Positions 30,327 to 41,943 of a stretch of 64,000 nt of DNA are shown in pieces (the first letter of the stretch is position 1; the number at the start of each line of letters is the position of its first letter). Below the pieces are notes generated by a model. The model did no database searches. It saw only the letters and a list, made by a program, of their open reading frames with translations, and was not told the origin of the DNA. The position numbers were made by a program, and so were the translations under genes. Source of the DNA: an uncultured delta proteobacterium (lineage in GTDB: Bacteria > Desulfobacterota > RBG-13-43-22); assembly GCA_963790475.1 (NCBI GenBank), contig CAWBOS010000006.1:96001-160000 (forward strand). Reading direction: 5' to 3'.

Positions 30327-32210
30327 TTAGGTATTTTTAGAGGATAACCATTCAGGTTCCAAGGGGAGGTTGAGGGTGAACGTAGAACCTTTTCCGATCT
30401 TGGATTGAACTTCCACGGTCCCCCCGTGAGATTCTATAATATGCTTGACAATAGCCAGCCCCAGCCCGGTTCCCCCCAATTGGCGGGATTGATCCCTGTC
30501 CACCCGATAGAAGCGTTCAAAGATCCGGGGAAGATGTTCCTTGGGAATGCCGATACCGGTGTCCGCCACCGAGATTTCGATGAAATCTCGGTGGAGTTCG
30601 GAGTTCGGAGTTCGGAGTTCGCCGATTTCATCTTTTCGCTGAACGCTGAACACTGAACGCTGAACGGGTTTCGCTGTCAGGTGAATTTGTCCCCCGGTCA
30701 GGGTATATTTAATGGCGTTATCCAGTACATTGACCAGGGCCTGCAGTACCCGATTCTTTTCCCAAAAAGCCGTTATTGCCTCGGGCAGATTTCCGATTTC
30801 CAGCTCAAGATTGATCATTTTCTCCTGGGCTTGGTCCTTGACCATCTTTACGGCACTCTCCAGAATCTCTTTGACCAATACCCTTTCAAAATTCTTCTTT
30901 GATTTTTCTTGTACATCCAGGTTAGCCAGATCCAGCATGTCTGATATTAATAGGCTAAGGCGGATAATCTCTTTACTAATCGAGATTAAACGTTCTCGAA
31001 CTTCAGGAGGATCGGCCGGAATCGAAGGAAGCAGGGTATTCAATTGTCCATTGATCGCCTTTAAAGGGGAACCTAATTCGTAGGAGGCATTGGCAACAAA
31101 ATCATGACGGACCCTTAACAGGTATTGCAGTTCGGTTGTATCGTGGAAAATAGCTACGGCCCGGGGTGGGCGATGATTTGAGGTCAAGGCCACGACCTGG
31201 ACCTCAAAATGTCGCTGAAGGTCGTGCCCGAAAAAAAGCTGCATCCGCCGAAAAGGGTCCCCTTTAAGGACGGCTTCTATGGCATCATGCAGTTCAGCAC
31301 TCATAAAGGCTTCCTGAACGGAGCGCTTTTTCCAGGAAACCTTGCCGCCCAAGACTTCATCTAAAAAGGGGTTGGTCAGGATGATCCGGCCTTTTTCATC
31401 AGTGACCAGCACCCCTTCCCGCATGGAGGAAAGCAGGGTTTTTAGTTCGCTGGTTTCGGTTTCCAGTAACTCCATTTTACCGGTCAGCCCGGCAGCCAGG
31501 GATTCCAGGGAAAGGGCCAACTCCTTTATCTCACTCTGGGTCAGAAGATGAAAGGGTTGTTTGAAATCTCCCTTATCCATTCTTTGGACCATGTCGGTCA
31601 GTTCCTGGAGAGGGCGCCCCATACCCTTGGTTAAAAGAAAACTAAGCCAAGCGGCCAGAAGGATGGTCAGTCCCCCCGCAAGATATAAGCCCCAGCGCTG
31701 GGAGGAAACGGCTTTTTCTATCTGATTAAGAGGAAGGGCTATGCGGACATAACCCAGGAGGGTTTCTTTATTCCTGATCGGGGCGGCTCCAAAGAGGATA
31801 TTCGACTTCATTTCAGGACTATAGCGAACGGTCTGGCCATATCCTTTGGTTTTCACGGCCAGGATCTCCGGGCTATTGGAGAAATCCTCTGCTTTATCCA
31901 CGAGCTCCCAGTTGAGAAGAGAATCCCCAATGACCCGGTCCTCTTTGGAAAGCAGGGTTACCCTTTGACCGAGATGGCGGCCTAATTGGTCGGTTAACTG
32001 TCGAATCCGGGCAGGTTCATTTTTATTTGGACTCAGGTGATCGGCCAGCATCCAAACGGCCAGATTCAAATCCCGCTTCAGTTCTTCTTCTTTCTGGGCC
32101 ATCAGAAAATTTTTCAGGTTGGATCCCAGATAGAGGGTGGAGGGGATAACCATTAAGGCGATGAGCAGGATAAAAGTCCCCAGGATTTTTGTGAGCCGGC
32201 GAAGATTCAT
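30327..32210 (-). CDS. PhoR-like membrane sensor histidine kinase (HAMP, PAS, HisKA, HATPase) with H-box His replaced by Tyr
   Basis: DFVANASYELGSPL, NVLDNAIKY, DTGIGI, FERFYRVD, GTGLGLAIVK. Confidence 0.9.
   Translation of the reverse strand: MNLRRLTKILGTFILLIALMVIPSTLYLGSNLKNFLMAQKEEELKRDLNLAVWMLADHLSPNKNEPARIRQLTDQLGRHLGQRVTLLSKEDRVIGDSLLNWELVDKAEDFSNSPEILAVKTKGYGQTVRYSPEMKSNILFGAAPIRNKETLLGYVRIALPLNQIEKAVSSQRWGLYLAGGLTILLAAWLSFLLTKGMGRPLQELTDMVQRMDKGDFKQPFHLLTQSEIKELALSLESLAAGLTGKMELLETETSELKTLLSSMREGVLVTDEKGRIILTNPFLDEVLGGKVSWKKRSVQEAFMSAELHDAIEAVLKGDPFRRMQLFFGHDLQRHFEVQVVALTSNHRPPRAVAIFHDTTELQYLLRVRHDFVANASYELGSPLKAINGQLNTLLPSIPADPPEVRERLISISKEIIRLSLLISDMLDLANLDVQEKSKKNFERVLVKEILESAVKMVKDQAQEKMINLELEIGNLPEAITAFWEKNRVLQALVNVLDNAIKYTLTGGQIHLTAKPVQRSVFSVQRKDEIGELRTPNSELHRDFIEISVADTGIGIPKEHLPRIFERFYRVDRDQSRQLGGTGLGLAIVKHIIESHGGTVEVQSKIGKGSTFTLNLPLEPEWLSSKNT
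30593..30666. repeat. Heptamer tandem repeats inserted in frame in the kinase ATPase domain
   Basis: (GGAGTTC)x4 followed by about four CTGAACR units; encodes VQRSVFSVQR..ELRTPNSEL. Confidence 0.85.
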
Positions 32211-32455
32211 TTGGGGTTCCGCTTAGAAGCAAAGTCTCTTTGGTGAAAGATATTAAAGGCATTTTATAACCTCATCCTGTTATTGTCTATGATAAAATTA
32301 TGATTTATCTCTATTCGGTTTTATGTTAACAGAGAATGATTTGGGGGCTCACTTAACACGAGCCGATTTAATCTCACCCAATTACCTTTTTTCCAAGGAA
32401 GGACTTTTTGAGCCCCCCCTTTTTGGCAAAGGGGAGGGGAGAAGAGAGAAACGTC

Positions 32456-33199
32456 ATGTTCATGTTAAAAAAATGGATTTCCTATTTACTCTTTCCATTG
32501 TCCTTAGTCATCGAACTTTTTATGGTCGGCCTCTTATGGCCTAAGAAAGGGAGGAAATTCTTTTTTGCCGGTGTGGTTCTCCTGTACTTGTCTTCTTTTC
32601 AACTTTTTTCGTCTTTACTTTTATGGCCTTTGGAAAGGACTTATTCCCCTATCCGAGAAACCTCAATTAATCAGGAGGTAAAATGGGTAGTAGTTTTGGG
32701 AGAATCATCCAAGGAAGACAAAAACCTCACCCCCGAAGACCGGTTGAGTGAGTCTTCATTAAAACGATTCCTGGAAGGGATAAGGCTCAGCCGCCGGCTG
32801 CCTATGGCCCGGCTTATTCTATCAGGCGGGGATTTTTCCGGGGACAATCCAGTGGCCCGGGTGATGGGCGAAGCGGCTTTTAGATATGGCCTGACCCCTC
32901 CCCGACTGGTCCTGGAGGAAACTTCCTGGGATACCTATGATGAGGCTCGATTGTTGAAAAAGACCTTGGGTAAAGATTCTTTTTATCTGGTGACCTCGGC
33001 CTGCCATATGCCCCGGTCCATGGGCATGTTTAAGAAGATGGGCACCCGGCCGATAGCGGCCCCCGCTGATTTCCAGGTTGTCTGGGGACCCCTGAGGGGT
33101 ATAGATTTTTTTCCCAAGGCCGAGGCCCTTAAAGAAACGGAGCTGGCCATTCATGAATATCTTGGGTTGCTCTGGGGGTGGGTGAGAGGCTATCTGTGA
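32456..33199 (+). CDS. ElyC/YdcF (DUF218) envelope protein
   Basis: VVVLG, LILSGG, SWDTYDEA, LVTSACHMPRS, HEYLG. Confidence 0.88.
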   Translation: MFMLKKWISYLLFPLSLVIELFMVGLLWPKKGRKFFFAGVVLLYLSSFQLFSSLLLWPLERTYSPIRETSINQEVKWVVVLGESSKEDKNLTPEDRLSESSLKRFLEGIRLSRRLPMARLILSGGDFSGDNPVARVMGEAAFRYGLTPPRLVLEETSWDTYDEARLLKKTLGKDSFYLVTSACHMPRSMGMFKKMGTRPIAAPADFQVVWGPLRGIDFFPKAEALKETELAIHEYLGLLWGWVRGYL

Positions 33200-33259
33200 G
33201 GACGGTTCTTCTTCCAAGAGATAGGAAAGGAATTCCGGAATTTTGCAAAACGGGTTTAC

Positions 33260-33310
33260 AGTTCGGAGTTCGGAGTGTTGAGTTTTACTATGAACTAACT
33301 ACTCCGAACT
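33260..33310. repeat. GTTCGGA/TCCGAAC heptamer hairpin between convergent genes
   Basis: AGTTCGGAGTTCGGAGT ... ACTCCGAACT. Confidence 0.7.
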
Positions 33311-33365
33311 TACGCAATGGCGATTCTTTTATTATTGCCCAATATTTTGGCATGATCCTCATTAG

Positions 33366-35549
33366 TTACCTCTTCTCCGGCCGCAGAATAAGGCAGGACA
33401 GGGGGGGAAGGGTCAGCGACAAGGATTGGGCATAAGAATGGAAGGGCAGCGGATCGGTTCGGAGTTGCCCTTTATTGCCCAGATTGCTTCCCCCATACCA
33501 CACTGAATCACTGTTGATTTCTTCGCGGTAATAGGGGGCTGCGGGAACCCCGATCCGGTAGCCGTACCGGGGCACCGGGGTCAGATTGAAGGCCACAACC
33601 AACCAGCTTTCCCCGGAACTGCGCACATAAACAATCACGGACTGCTGCCAGTCCTGGCAGTCGATCCAGCGGAATCCTTCCGGCTGGTGGTCTTTTTCCC
33701 AGAGGGCCGGCTCCGTCAGATAAAGCCTTCCCAGGTCGACCATGAAATTCTGCAGTCCTTCACGCATCGGGTCTTCCGTCAGGTGCCAATCCAGGCTCTG
33801 GTCATGATCCCATTCTCGGTCCATGGCCAGTTCCGTGCCCATGAATAAAAGCTTTTTTCCGGGGTGGGTGTACATATACCCCAGCAAGGTCCGTAAGTTG
33901 GCAAACTTTTGCCAGGTATCTCCAGGCATTTTGGAAAGCAAAGAACCCTTCCCGTGGACGATCTCATCATGGGAAAAGGGCAGAATGAAATTCTCGGTGT
34001 AAGTGTAAAGCATGGAGAAGGTCAAATCGTTATGATGGAAACTCCGGTGAACCGGTTCTTTGGAAAAATAGGCCAGGGTATCGTGCATCCAACCCATGTT
34101 CCATTTGAAGCCAAACCCCAGCCCGCCAAGATAAACCGGCAAGGTCACTCCGCCCCAATCCGTTGACTCCTCGGCCACGGTAAAGCAACCGGGAAAAAGA
34201 CCATAAACTTTTTCATTTAATGTTTTTAGGAAGGAGATGGCTTCCAGATTCTCCCGTCCTCCATAACGGTTGGGGATCCATTCCCCTTCTTTGCGGCTGT
34301 AATCCAGGTAAATCATGGAGGCCACGGCATCCACCCGCAGGCCGTCAATATGATACTGATCCAGCCAGAAAAGGGCATTGGCCAGGAGAAAATTCCGAAC
34401 TTCGTTTCTATTAAAATTGAAAATCAAAGTTCCCCAGTCCTGGTGCTCTCCTTTCCTGGGATCGGCGTGTTCATAAAGGGCCGTGCCGTCAAACAAGCGC
34501 AGGCTGTAGTCATCCTTGGGGAAATGGGCCGGAACCCAGTCCAGAATGACCCCGATTCCGGCTTGATGACAAGCATCCACTAAATAACGGAAATCATCGG
34601 GTGTCCCATAGCGGCTGGTCGGGGCATAGTAGCCGGTGACCTGATACCCCCAGGAGCCGTCGAAGGGATATTCGGCCACAGGCAAAAGTTCAAGGTAATT
34701 AAAACCATAGCGCTTGATCTCGTCTATCAAGTAGGGTGCCATCTCCCGATAAGTCAAAGGACGATTGCCTTCCTCGGGGACCCGCCGAAACGAACCAAGA
34801 TGGCACTCAAAGATGGCCATAGGCGAATGTCGGCGATCGAGGCGGGAACGTTCCGCCATCCATTGCCCATCGCCCCATCGGTACTTGGTCAGGTCCCAGA
34901 TCCGGGCACACATCGCCGGAGGCTTCTCCATGGAAAAGGCCAGAGGGTCGGTCTTGATCCGCAGTTGTCCATCCCGGGTTTTGATTTCAAACTTATAAAG
35001 GAGTCCCGGTTTCAACCCGGGTAAAAAGAGTTCCCAAATACCGGAACTACCCATGACGCGCATAGGAGAAAGGCGACCGTCCCAGCGGTTGAATTCCGCC
35101 AGAAGGCTGACCCGTTTGGCATTGGGTGCCCAGAGGGCAAAGGAAACTCCCGATACCCCGTCAATGGTCCGCAAATGGGCGCCGAGGATTTCATAAAGAC
35201 GAAGGTGATTCCCTTCATTGAAAAGGTGTAAATCCATGTCCCCCAGGGTGGGGGGAAAACGGTAAGGGTCTTCGGTTTCCCAGTGGTATCCATTCTCAAA
35301 GGAAAAAAGGAATCGGTAGGGAAAAGGCCAGGTCTGATTTTTTAGGTCCTTCTCGAAAATTCCCCCGGCATGGATACGGTTCATTTCAACAGACCGGCCT
35401 TCCATTAAGAGAGATACCTTGATGGCATCGGGGTGGAAGGCCCGGACAATCACCCCTTTATTTTTCCCTTCTTGATAGGGGTGCCCTCCCAGGATCCGAT
35501 GGGGGTCGAAGTGCTCACCTTTGGCTAAGGCATCGAATTCTTTTTTCAT
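33366..35549 (-). CDS. glgB: 1,4-alpha-glucan branching enzyme
   Basis: [37 protein letters not shown]. Confidence 0.97.
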   Translation of the reverse strand: MKKEFDALAKGEHFDPHRILGGHPYQEGKNKGVIVRAFHPDAIKVSLLMEGRSVEMNRIHAGGIFEKDLKNQTWPFPYRFLFSFENGYHWETEDPYRFPPTLGDMDLHLFNEGNHLRLYEILGAHLRTIDGVSGVSFALWAPNAKRVSLLAEFNRWDGRLSPMRVMGSSGIWELFLPGLKPGLLYKFEIKTRDGQLRIKTDPLAFSMEKPPAMCARIWDLTKYRWGDGQWMAERSRLDRRHSPMAIFECHLGSFRRVPEEGNRPLTYREMAPYLIDEIKRYGFNYLELLPVAEYPFDGSWGYQVTGYYAPTSRYGTPDDFRYLVDACHQAGIGVILDWVPAHFPKDDYSLRLFDGTALYEHADPRKGEHQDWGTLIFNFNRNEVRNFLLANALFWLDQYHIDGLRVDAVASMIYLDYSRKEGEWIPNRYGGRENLEAISFLKTLNEKVYGLFPGCFTVAEESTDWGGVTLPVYLGGLGFGFKWNMGWMHDTLAYFSKEPVHRSFHHNDLTFSMLYTYTENFILPFSHDEIVHGKGSLLSKMPGDTWQKFANLRTLLGYMYTHPGKKLLFMGTELAMDREWDHDQSLDWHLTEDPMREGLQNFMVDLGRLYLTEPALWEKDHQPEGFRWIDCQDWQQSVIVYVRSSGESWLVVAFNLTPVPRYGYRIGVPAAPYYREEINSDSVWYGGSNLGNKGQLRTDPLPFHSYAQSLSLTLPPLSCLILRPEKR

Positions 35550-37978
35550 TCAATCTCCCAGATAATGACCTCAGAGGGGATGTCAATTTCCCGGGCAAAC
35601 CCCTGATAAATTTCCCGATATTCGGGCTTGTTTTGGGGAAGATCTTTGCAGGCGTCCAGAAAGCTATTTTGGACATTCCACAGATTGAGAGAAACGTCAA
35701 AGAGACGGCAGAGATCGAGTAACTTTTGGATAGCCGTGAAAAGCCGTACCGGGTCGAGATATACCCTTAGTTGCCTTATTTCTTTTTCGATCCTCGCCTC
35801 GATCCTCGCCTGAACTTGTCCTTTGGGCAAAGGATACCCCAGCTCTTGAGAACGCTCAAAAAATTTCTGCAATCCCTCCAATTGCTCACCAGGGGGAAAG
35901 GCTTCATCGATCCCCTTTTTCAAGGTACGGTCGAAAATGAGGGTTAAGGCCATCTTTATCGGATCAGGAAGGGGCACCCCTATGTCGATCATTTTTATCA
36001 GGGTCCCGGTATCTTCTTTGATCCAATCCTCAAGTAAAAGGATATGTTTTTCCATGCGGTCTTCAAGGAGGAGATTAATCAACCTTTGCCGATCTTCTGA
36101 AAAGAGGTCTTTTAAATAAAAACGCCTGGGGTCAAAAACTTCTTTTATCCGGTCATAAACATCACCCAGGGAGGCTGATTTATAAAGGTTGACGATATCC
36201 TTTTTAATGATCTCGTATTCCTCAAGGGTTTGATACGGTTTTAAATGGCATTGAAAATCCACCCCTCCAAAATGGAGGACGACAAACATCTTCTCCTGTT
36301 CTTCCAGGGTAATGGTCGATGAAACCTTGATTCGGCCTAAGACCAGATGAGAACCGTTTTGAGGTAGAATCAACTTTTCTTCATTGCTCAATTGATAACA
36401 ATAGATGCGGTCTTTCGAGTTTTTTTGGTAAATGGACCCGATGGCGTAATGCGCCAGGACCCGCGAGAGATCGACCTTAAAAGGGAGAACCTTTTGTTCC
36501 CAGATTTTTGCCCCGTCTCCGAATTCCTTTTTGTTGCTGGGGGCTTTTTTAAGATAACCGACAAAGGTTTCTTCCAGATCCGATCCGAAGTCTTTGGCAA
36601 ACTGGATGGCCCGGCAGGCGTATTTCAGAATCTGAGTGGTTTCCAGGCCGCTGATTTCATCAAAGAACCAGCCGCAACTGGTGAACATGAGCAGACCAAA
36701 GCGCTGCATCTCCAGAAGTTTCAGGGTTTGAACCCGGTCTTTCAAGGGCAAATCCTTTTTGTTGGCCTGGTCGTTGAAAAAACGTTCCAAGTTGTCCGGA
36801 GATCGATCCAGCAGGACATCGATATAGGCATTCCTGGCCTGCCAAGGGTCCTTTAATAAAGACGAGGCCTGGACTTCAAAGAGGAGGTCCAATTCTCTTT
36901 TCAAGCGGTCAAGCCCTTCCCGCAAAGCGGCCCGCCAGGTCTGTTGGTTTTCCTGTCCCCCCAACCGGCAGCCGCAGTCCGCCCGCCAACGTTCAATCCC
37001 GTGGGCGCAGCTCCAGGAGGTGTTCTCATGGATTTCCACTTCAAATTGGGGAGGGAATTGGGCCAGGAACCAGCCATAATTAGTCAATTGGATGGCAGGG
37101 TCGTTTTCTAAAGAATGAAGGGCATAAGCCAAGGCCATGTCTCCAAAAAGACGATGGTGCCCGTAGGATTCTCCATCCGTGGCCACATGAACCAACTGGG
37201 GACCGGAATCTTGAGGATCAAAGCCGTTCAACAAACGTTGTAGGAGGATCTCGCCATTCTGTAAATAGTTTTCAAAGGCGATCCCATGAGCCAGCCCTCC
37301 ATCATAAAAAAAAAGGGCGATCTTTCGCCTGCCGGGGAGATTACACCAATAAGGCCGTCGAGGATTGATATTTCCCTGAACCTCAGTCCATTGTTTTTGG
37401 CCCAGGGGCCGAAAACGCCGGGCCTGATGGGGGGCCAGGATAGCGAACTTAATTCCTTCGCGGTTCATGATTTCGAGGGTCTTCAAATCAACCGCTGTCT
37501 CCGGAAGCCACATCCCCTCAGGTTCCCGGTAAAATCTTTTCCGGAAGTCCGTCTTGCCCCAGCGGATCTGAGTAAGCACATCTCTTTCATTGGCCAGGGG
37601 AAGGATGATATGATTATAGGCCTGGGCCAGGGCATTGCCGTGACCGTCTCGATCTCTTTGCGATTGACGGTCGGCCTGACGAATCCCTTTAAGGGTAATC
37701 CGGGCCTTTTCCTTCATCCAAGATAAGAGGGTAGGCCCGAAATTAAAACTGATTCTTTGATAATTATTACTGATTCGGGTTATTCGACCTTTTTCGTCTT
37801 GGATGCGAGAACGGCTATTGGGGGCATAGCATTCGGTGAGGATCCGTTCGTTCCAGTCATGGTAAGGAGAGGCTGTTTCCTCATTTTCAATAGCCTCCAA
37901 CCAGGGATTCTCCCTGGGAGGCTGGTAAAAATGGCCATGAATACAGATAAAGCGAGAAAGTTTTAGATTATCGCTCAT
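35546..37978 (-). CDS. GH57 glycoside hydrolase with DUF3536
   Basis: [46 protein letters not shown]. Confidence 0.92.
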   Translation of the reverse strand: MSDNLKLSRFICIHGHFYQPPRENPWLEAIENEETASPYHDWNERILTECYAPNSRSRIQDEKGRITRISNNYQRISFNFGPTLLSWMKEKARITLKGIRQADRQSQRDRDGHGNALAQAYNHIILPLANERDVLTQIRWGKTDFRKRFYREPEGMWLPETAVDLKTLEIMNREGIKFAILAPHQARRFRPLGQKQWTEVQGNINPRRPYWCNLPGRRKIALFFYDGGLAHGIAFENYLQNGEILLQRLLNGFDPQDSGPQLVHVATDGESYGHHRLFGDMALAYALHSLENDPAIQLTNYGWFLAQFPPQFEVEIHENTSWSCAHGIERWRADCGCRLGGQENQQTWRAALREGLDRLKRELDLLFEVQASSLLKDPWQARNAYIDVLLDRSPDNLERFFNDQANKKDLPLKDRVQTLKLLEMQRFGLLMFTSCGWFFDEISGLETTQILKYACRAIQFAKDFGSDLEETFVGYLKKAPSNKKEFGDGAKIWEQKVLPFKVDLSRVLAHYAIGSIYQKNSKDRIYCYQLSNEEKLILPQNGSHLVLGRIKVSSTITLEEQEKMFVVLHFGGVDFQCHLKPYQTLEEYEIIKKDIVNLYKSASLGDVYDRIKEVFDPRRFYLKDLFSEDRQRLINLLLEDRMEKHILLLEDWIKEDTGTLIKMIDIGVPLPDPIKMALTLIFDRTLKKGIDEAFPPGEQLEGLQKFFERSQELGYPLPKGQVQARIEARIEKEIRQLRVYLDPVRLFTAIQKLLDLCRLFDVSLNLWNVQNSFLDACKDLPQNKPEYREIYQGFAREIDIPSEVIIWEIE

Positions 37979-38154
37979 GAAGGGGAAGAGGGACGGGTGA
38001 CCTGGGGAAAGGGAAAGTTCGGAGGTCGGAGTTCAGAGTTCCGATTTTCCGAGGTCTGATCTCCGATATTCAATCCCCGATATATTTCTTGGTCAGCTAT
38101 CGGAGAACCGATGTTTTTTTTCTTGTCACTCGTCACCGTCACTCGTCACTTTTT

Positions 38155-38472
38155 TTATTTTGTTTCAGATGTCCCACAGGAAGGGGCTGGGGCGGACGAG
38201 GTCGCGCCGGCAGTGGAATCAGTGCTTTTTCCCGTACTTTTAGCACTGGTCTCCGCGGCTTTTTCCTTTTTCCCTGTTGGGGCCGAATCCCCCTTTCGGG
38301 CATAATCGGTGACATACCAGCCGCTGCCTTTGAGATGAAAGGCGCTCCGGGAAATCATTTTCCGTAATCGCCCGTCGCAGTGGGGGCATTCGGTTAACGG
38401 GGAATCGGAAAATTTTTGCATGGCTTCGGTAACTTGTTTACATTTTTGACATTCATATTCATAAACCGGCAT
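38155..38472 (-). CDS. FmdB-family zinc-ribbon protein
   Basis: MPVYEYECQKC..CPHC..KGSGWYVTDY. Confidence 0.92.
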   Translation of the reverse strand: MPVYEYECQKCKQVTEAMQKFSDSPLTECPHCDGRLRKMISRSAFHLKGSGWYVTDYARKGDSAPTGKKEKAAETSAKSTGKSTDSTAGATSSAPAPSCGTSETK

Positions 38473-38496
38473 TGTTAAAACCTCCTAAAATACAGA

Positions 38497-39081
38497 CTAA
38501 CCTATTTCGTTCAGGCAGCGATGGCCCAAATAAGACTCAAAAACAGGGTCTAAATTGATCCCTTTCAAAGATCTCAGAATCTGAAAGGTAGTCTGATGAA
38601 CCTTGCTTTCCTCAACCGCCTTTTCTTCCTGTTCGACATCAAACCGCTGCATAAATTTCCTGAACCGGACGACATGGACCAGTTCATGAGTTAAAATGTA
38701 GACCAGCAAGGGAAACAATTCTATCCCTTCCTTTCGGTCAATTACCCTGAGGATATTATGATCCTGAAGGCAAATCCGATAATAATCCCTCGGATAATTC
38801 ATGGGAAACCGATAGGGAAAAGGATGAACATAACGGGCGATTTGGGCCAAACCCCGAGGGGTGATTTCTTCTTTTCTCAAGTGGGCCAGATTGGAAATCT
38901 CAAAATCATATTTCTTCCAATTACTGGTGGAAATATGGTAATGATTACAGGTAGTGTCTTCGGCGATCTCCAAGGCCTTGTCCACCCAAACAATTTCTCC
39001 GGGAGCAAAATGCCTGTAGCCCATCATCATTTTCTTTTTCAATAAGGGTTCGGGTAGCCGGAGATCAGGGTACATTGGCAA
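38497..39081 (-). CDS. Hypothetical protein with HExxH metal-binding motif
   Basis: LTHELVHVVRF; 194-aa ORF in the same orientation as its neighbours. Confidence 0.7.
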   Translation of the reverse strand: MPMYPDLRLPEPLLKKKMMMGYRHFAPGEIVWVDKALEIAEDTTCNHYHISTSNWKKYDFEISNLAHLRKEEITPRGLAQIARYVHPFPYRFPMNYPRDYYRICLQDHNILRVIDRKEGIELFPLLVYILTHELVHVVRFRKFMQRFDVEQEEKAVEESKVHQTTFQILRSLKGINLDPVFESYLGHRCLNEIG

Positions 39082-39203
39082 GCAAGAAAAATTATTATCT
39101 GAATGCCGGATCTCTGACTCCCGTTTCGAATTTGATTTAATATTGTAATTTTAATTATTTTCTATAAAGAAGTCAAGCCATTAAACCAAAAAAAAGGACC
39201 ATT

Positions 39204-40334
39204 ATGATAAAAAAACAATCAATTCCAGAACCTTATCTGGATCGCGTTCTATCCCTGCTGAAAGAATTAAAAAAAAAATCATTTTCCGGAATCTTTATTT
39301 CACAGTCGGAAAACCGGCGGTATCTGAGCGGATTCAGGCCAAGCGACCCCCAGCTTAACGAATCCTCAGGCTTTTTGATCATCGGCAAAGATCTGGCCAT
39401 TCTGGGGACAGACCCCCGATTTGAAGGAGAGGCTCAAAAACAGGCCAAAGGATATTATCCTTTTATATACCGAAAAGGATTGGAGGCCTCCTGGCCGGAA
39501 GTCAAAGTCTCTTTAAAATCTATGAAACGAGTGGCCTTTGAAGCCCAATCCTTGAGTTTTCACACTTTTCAAAGGCTGAAAAAATTGATCATTTCCTCTG
39601 GGAATTCAATTTCTTTCCTGCCCACCTACCAGCTGGTCGAAGGATTAAGGGCCCAGAAAGACTCCCGGGAAATAGCGACGATCCGGAGGTCTCTGTCTAT
39701 CACCGAAGAGGTATTCCATCAGATCAGTAAGACGTTGCGGCCGGGTCAAACCGAAAAAGAGATCGCCTGGCAGCTTAAACACTGGATCCATCAAAAAGGC
39801 GGGGAGGACCAGGCCTTTGAACCGATCGTGGCCTCCGGGCCTAATGCCGCCCTGCCCCATGCGGAACCTACAGAGAGGGAAATTCAAAAAGGGGAACCGA
39901 TCTTGTTCGATTTCGGCAGTAAGTGGAAAGGTTATTGTTCCGATCTTTCCCGGACTGTTTTTCTGGGACGTCCAACCGACCGATTTAAGGAAGTGTATTC
40001 GCTTGTCCGCCAGGCCCAGGTCCAGGCCGAAAAAGGGATAGGAGCCGGAATGACCACCACCGCAGCCGATGCCCTGGCCCGTTCGGCTATTGAAAAAGGG
40101 GGCTATGGAAAATATTTTAAACATTCTCTGGGGCATGGTGTGGGGTTGGCCACCCATGAATTGCCCAGCCTCAGTCCTAGCAAGGCCGATCTTTTGAAGG
40201 CGGGGATGGTAGTCACGATTGAGCCGGGCATCTATCTCCCGGGCTGGGGTGGGGTCCGGTTGGAAAATATGGCGGTGATCAAAGAAAAAGGGGCTTTGGT
40301 CCTGAATAAAGATATGAGTTTTTATAGCTTTTGA
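39204..40334 (+). CDS. Xaa-Pro peptidase (M24B)
   Basis: SGPNAALPH, DFG..Y.SD.SRT, HSLGHGVG..HE, EPGIY..GGVRLE. Confidence 0.95.
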   Translation: MIKKQSIPEPYLDRVLSLLKELKKKSFSGIFISQSENRRYLSGFRPSDPQLNESSGFLIIGKDLAILGTDPRFEGEAQKQAKGYYPFIYRKGLEASWPEVKVSLKSMKRVAFEAQSLSFHTFQRLKKLIISSGNSISFLPTYQLVEGLRAQKDSREIATIRRSLSITEEVFHQISKTLRPGQTEKEIAWQLKHWIHQKGGEDQAFEPIVASGPNAALPHAEPTEREIQKGEPILFDFGSKWKGYCSDLSRTVFLGRPTDRFKEVYSLVRQAQVQAEKGIGAGMTTTAADALARSAIEKGGYGKYFKHSLGHGVGLATHELPSLSPSKADLLKAGMVVTIEPGIYLPGWGGVRLENMAVIKEKGALVLNKDMSFYSF

Positions 40335-40502
40335 TGAGCTTAACAGATAAGTAATTAGTTCGGAGTAAAGAGTTTAAAGTTCATTCCTGTCGGGTAAGCC
40401 ATTCCCTGTACTTGCTCCGAACTCCGAAAAAGGGAGCGGGCGCGGGGAAAAATTAGATTGAGTTTCATTTCACGTTCGACCCGTTAGGATTAGGAGATAG
40501 AT

Positions 40503-41039
40503 ATGGTTGATAGTTGTCCGGGAGAAAAATTTCGGGAAGGGGTAATCGCTCCTTCAAACCATGAAAGGGTAAATGAGGAAGTGATTAGGGAGAGAGTTCT
40601 TGGCCTGTTACTACAAGAGAAGGGCTTTCTATTAGATGAAATAGAGGAAGAAGTACCTTTTGAGCTCACCACGGACCAGGAAATTTTCCAACTCAAGGTC
40701 TCTTTTGTAATCCGATTAAGAGGTCAGTACCTGGTTTTGATTAAGTGCGGGACCGGCTCTATTCTGGCCCGGGAACGGGCTGCCCTGGCCCTGGCACGCC
40801 TTTTTTGGAACTACCAGGTCCCGTTGACAGTGGTCACCAATGGTGAGGATGCTGTACTCCTTAATACCCTGTCCGGAGAAACCATCGATAATGGTCTAGT
40901 CGCTATCCCGAATAAAAATATGCTATTGTCCCAAATGGGGGACCTCAAATTTCTTCCCCTGCCTGAAAAACGCATTAAACTGGAAAAGCAGATTCTGTCC
41001 GCTTTTGAAGGGCTGGGACGTCACGGGGAGTGCGGCTGA
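40503..41039 (+). CDS. Stand-alone HsdR N-terminal-like domain protein
   Basis: EEVIRE..LLQEKGF, ARER, VVTNGED pattern; start uncertain. Confidence 0.6.
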   Translation: MVDSCPGEKFREGVIAPSNHERVNEEVIRERVLGLLLQEKGFLLDEIEEEVPFELTTDQEIFQLKVSFVIRLRGQYLVLIKCGTGSILARERAALALARLFWNYQVPLTVVTNGEDAVLLNTLSGETIDNGLVAIPNKNMLLSQMGDLKFLPLPEKRIKLEKQILSAFEGLGRHGECG

Positions 41040-41109
41040 GTTTGGACAAGTAGAGGCAGATGGGGAGACACGGGGATGGGGGGAGGGGGTGACGCTAGGA
41101 TAAGGTGAA

Positions 41110-41172
41110 AAGTTCGAAAAACTCCGAACTCCGAACTCCGAACTTTATACTTTAAACCTTAAACCTTGAACC
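41110..41172. repeat. Tandem ACTCCGA heptamers between convergent genes
   Basis: ACTCCGAACTCCGAACTCCGAACT followed by AAACCTT units. Confidence 0.75.
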
Positions 41173-41173
41173 G

Positions 41174-41926
41174 TCATTGCTTCCCAATATATCCTGACCG
41201 CTCTTTGATCAGGCTGTTGATCTCGGCCCTATGGGTCATTAAGAAATCCAGGATTTGTTTGGAGCGGAAGATGAGAGCATTAATATCCTGTGTCTTGATC
41301 TCTTCATCCTTAAGGAGCTGTTGATTTTGGTACAGGAAAGAAACGATGGCGTCTTCAGCATCCAGTTCCACCTGAAAACGGTTCTTTAAAAAATCCAGCC
41401 AAAAACCGAATTCCTGCGTGTGGTCCAGATGTTCAATCGGGATTCCGGTTTCCAGGCTCATCTGCTGATAGGCTCCGGGCTGCTGCCCTGATCCTTTCAG
41501 ATATTCCAGGATGTGGGCCACCTGATGGATAAAGGTGGAATCCTGAATTTGAGGAGTGATGGCCAGATAGAGATGGTCAGGATCCACTTCTCTAGTTTTA
41601 TTGGCATTGACCATGATTCCGGCACCTTCAGCCAGAGACTGGACCGGGATGTCCTGTCCGGAAACTCCGAGATTTCGATAAGCCTCCAGGTCAATGCATT
41701 TAATGTTACGGGAATCATCCAGATGTCCGTCTTGAATTAAAGCGTCAATTATTTTTTTGGAACTGCCGTAATGGACCTCCGGGAGCCGGCATATCCGTTG
41801 TCCGGCCTCCTGGTTCAAGGACTCATTTTTCCTGAGGTAAAGTTCCCCTTCCCGACCAAGGTGGCACTTTTTAAACTTTTTTCCGCTCCCGCAAGGGCAA
41901 GGATCATTCCGGCCCGCCGTAATCAT
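41174..41926 (-). CDS. SEC-C motif protein
   Basis: N-terminal GRNDPCPCGSGKKFKKCH. Confidence 0.85.
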   Translation of the reverse strand: MITAGRNDPCPCGSGKKFKKCHLGREGELYLRKNESLNQEAGQRICRLPEVHYGSSKKIIDALIQDGHLDDSRNIKCIDLEAYRNLGVSGQDIPVQSLAEGAGIMVNANKTREVDPDHLYLAITPQIQDSTFIHQVAHILEYLKGSGQQPGAYQQMSLETGIPIEHLDHTQEFGFWLDFLKNRFQVELDAEDAIVSFLYQNQQLLKDEEIKTQDINALIFRSKQILDFLMTHRAEINSLIKERSGYIGKQ

Positions 41927-41943
41927 TATTAATATCCTCCAAA

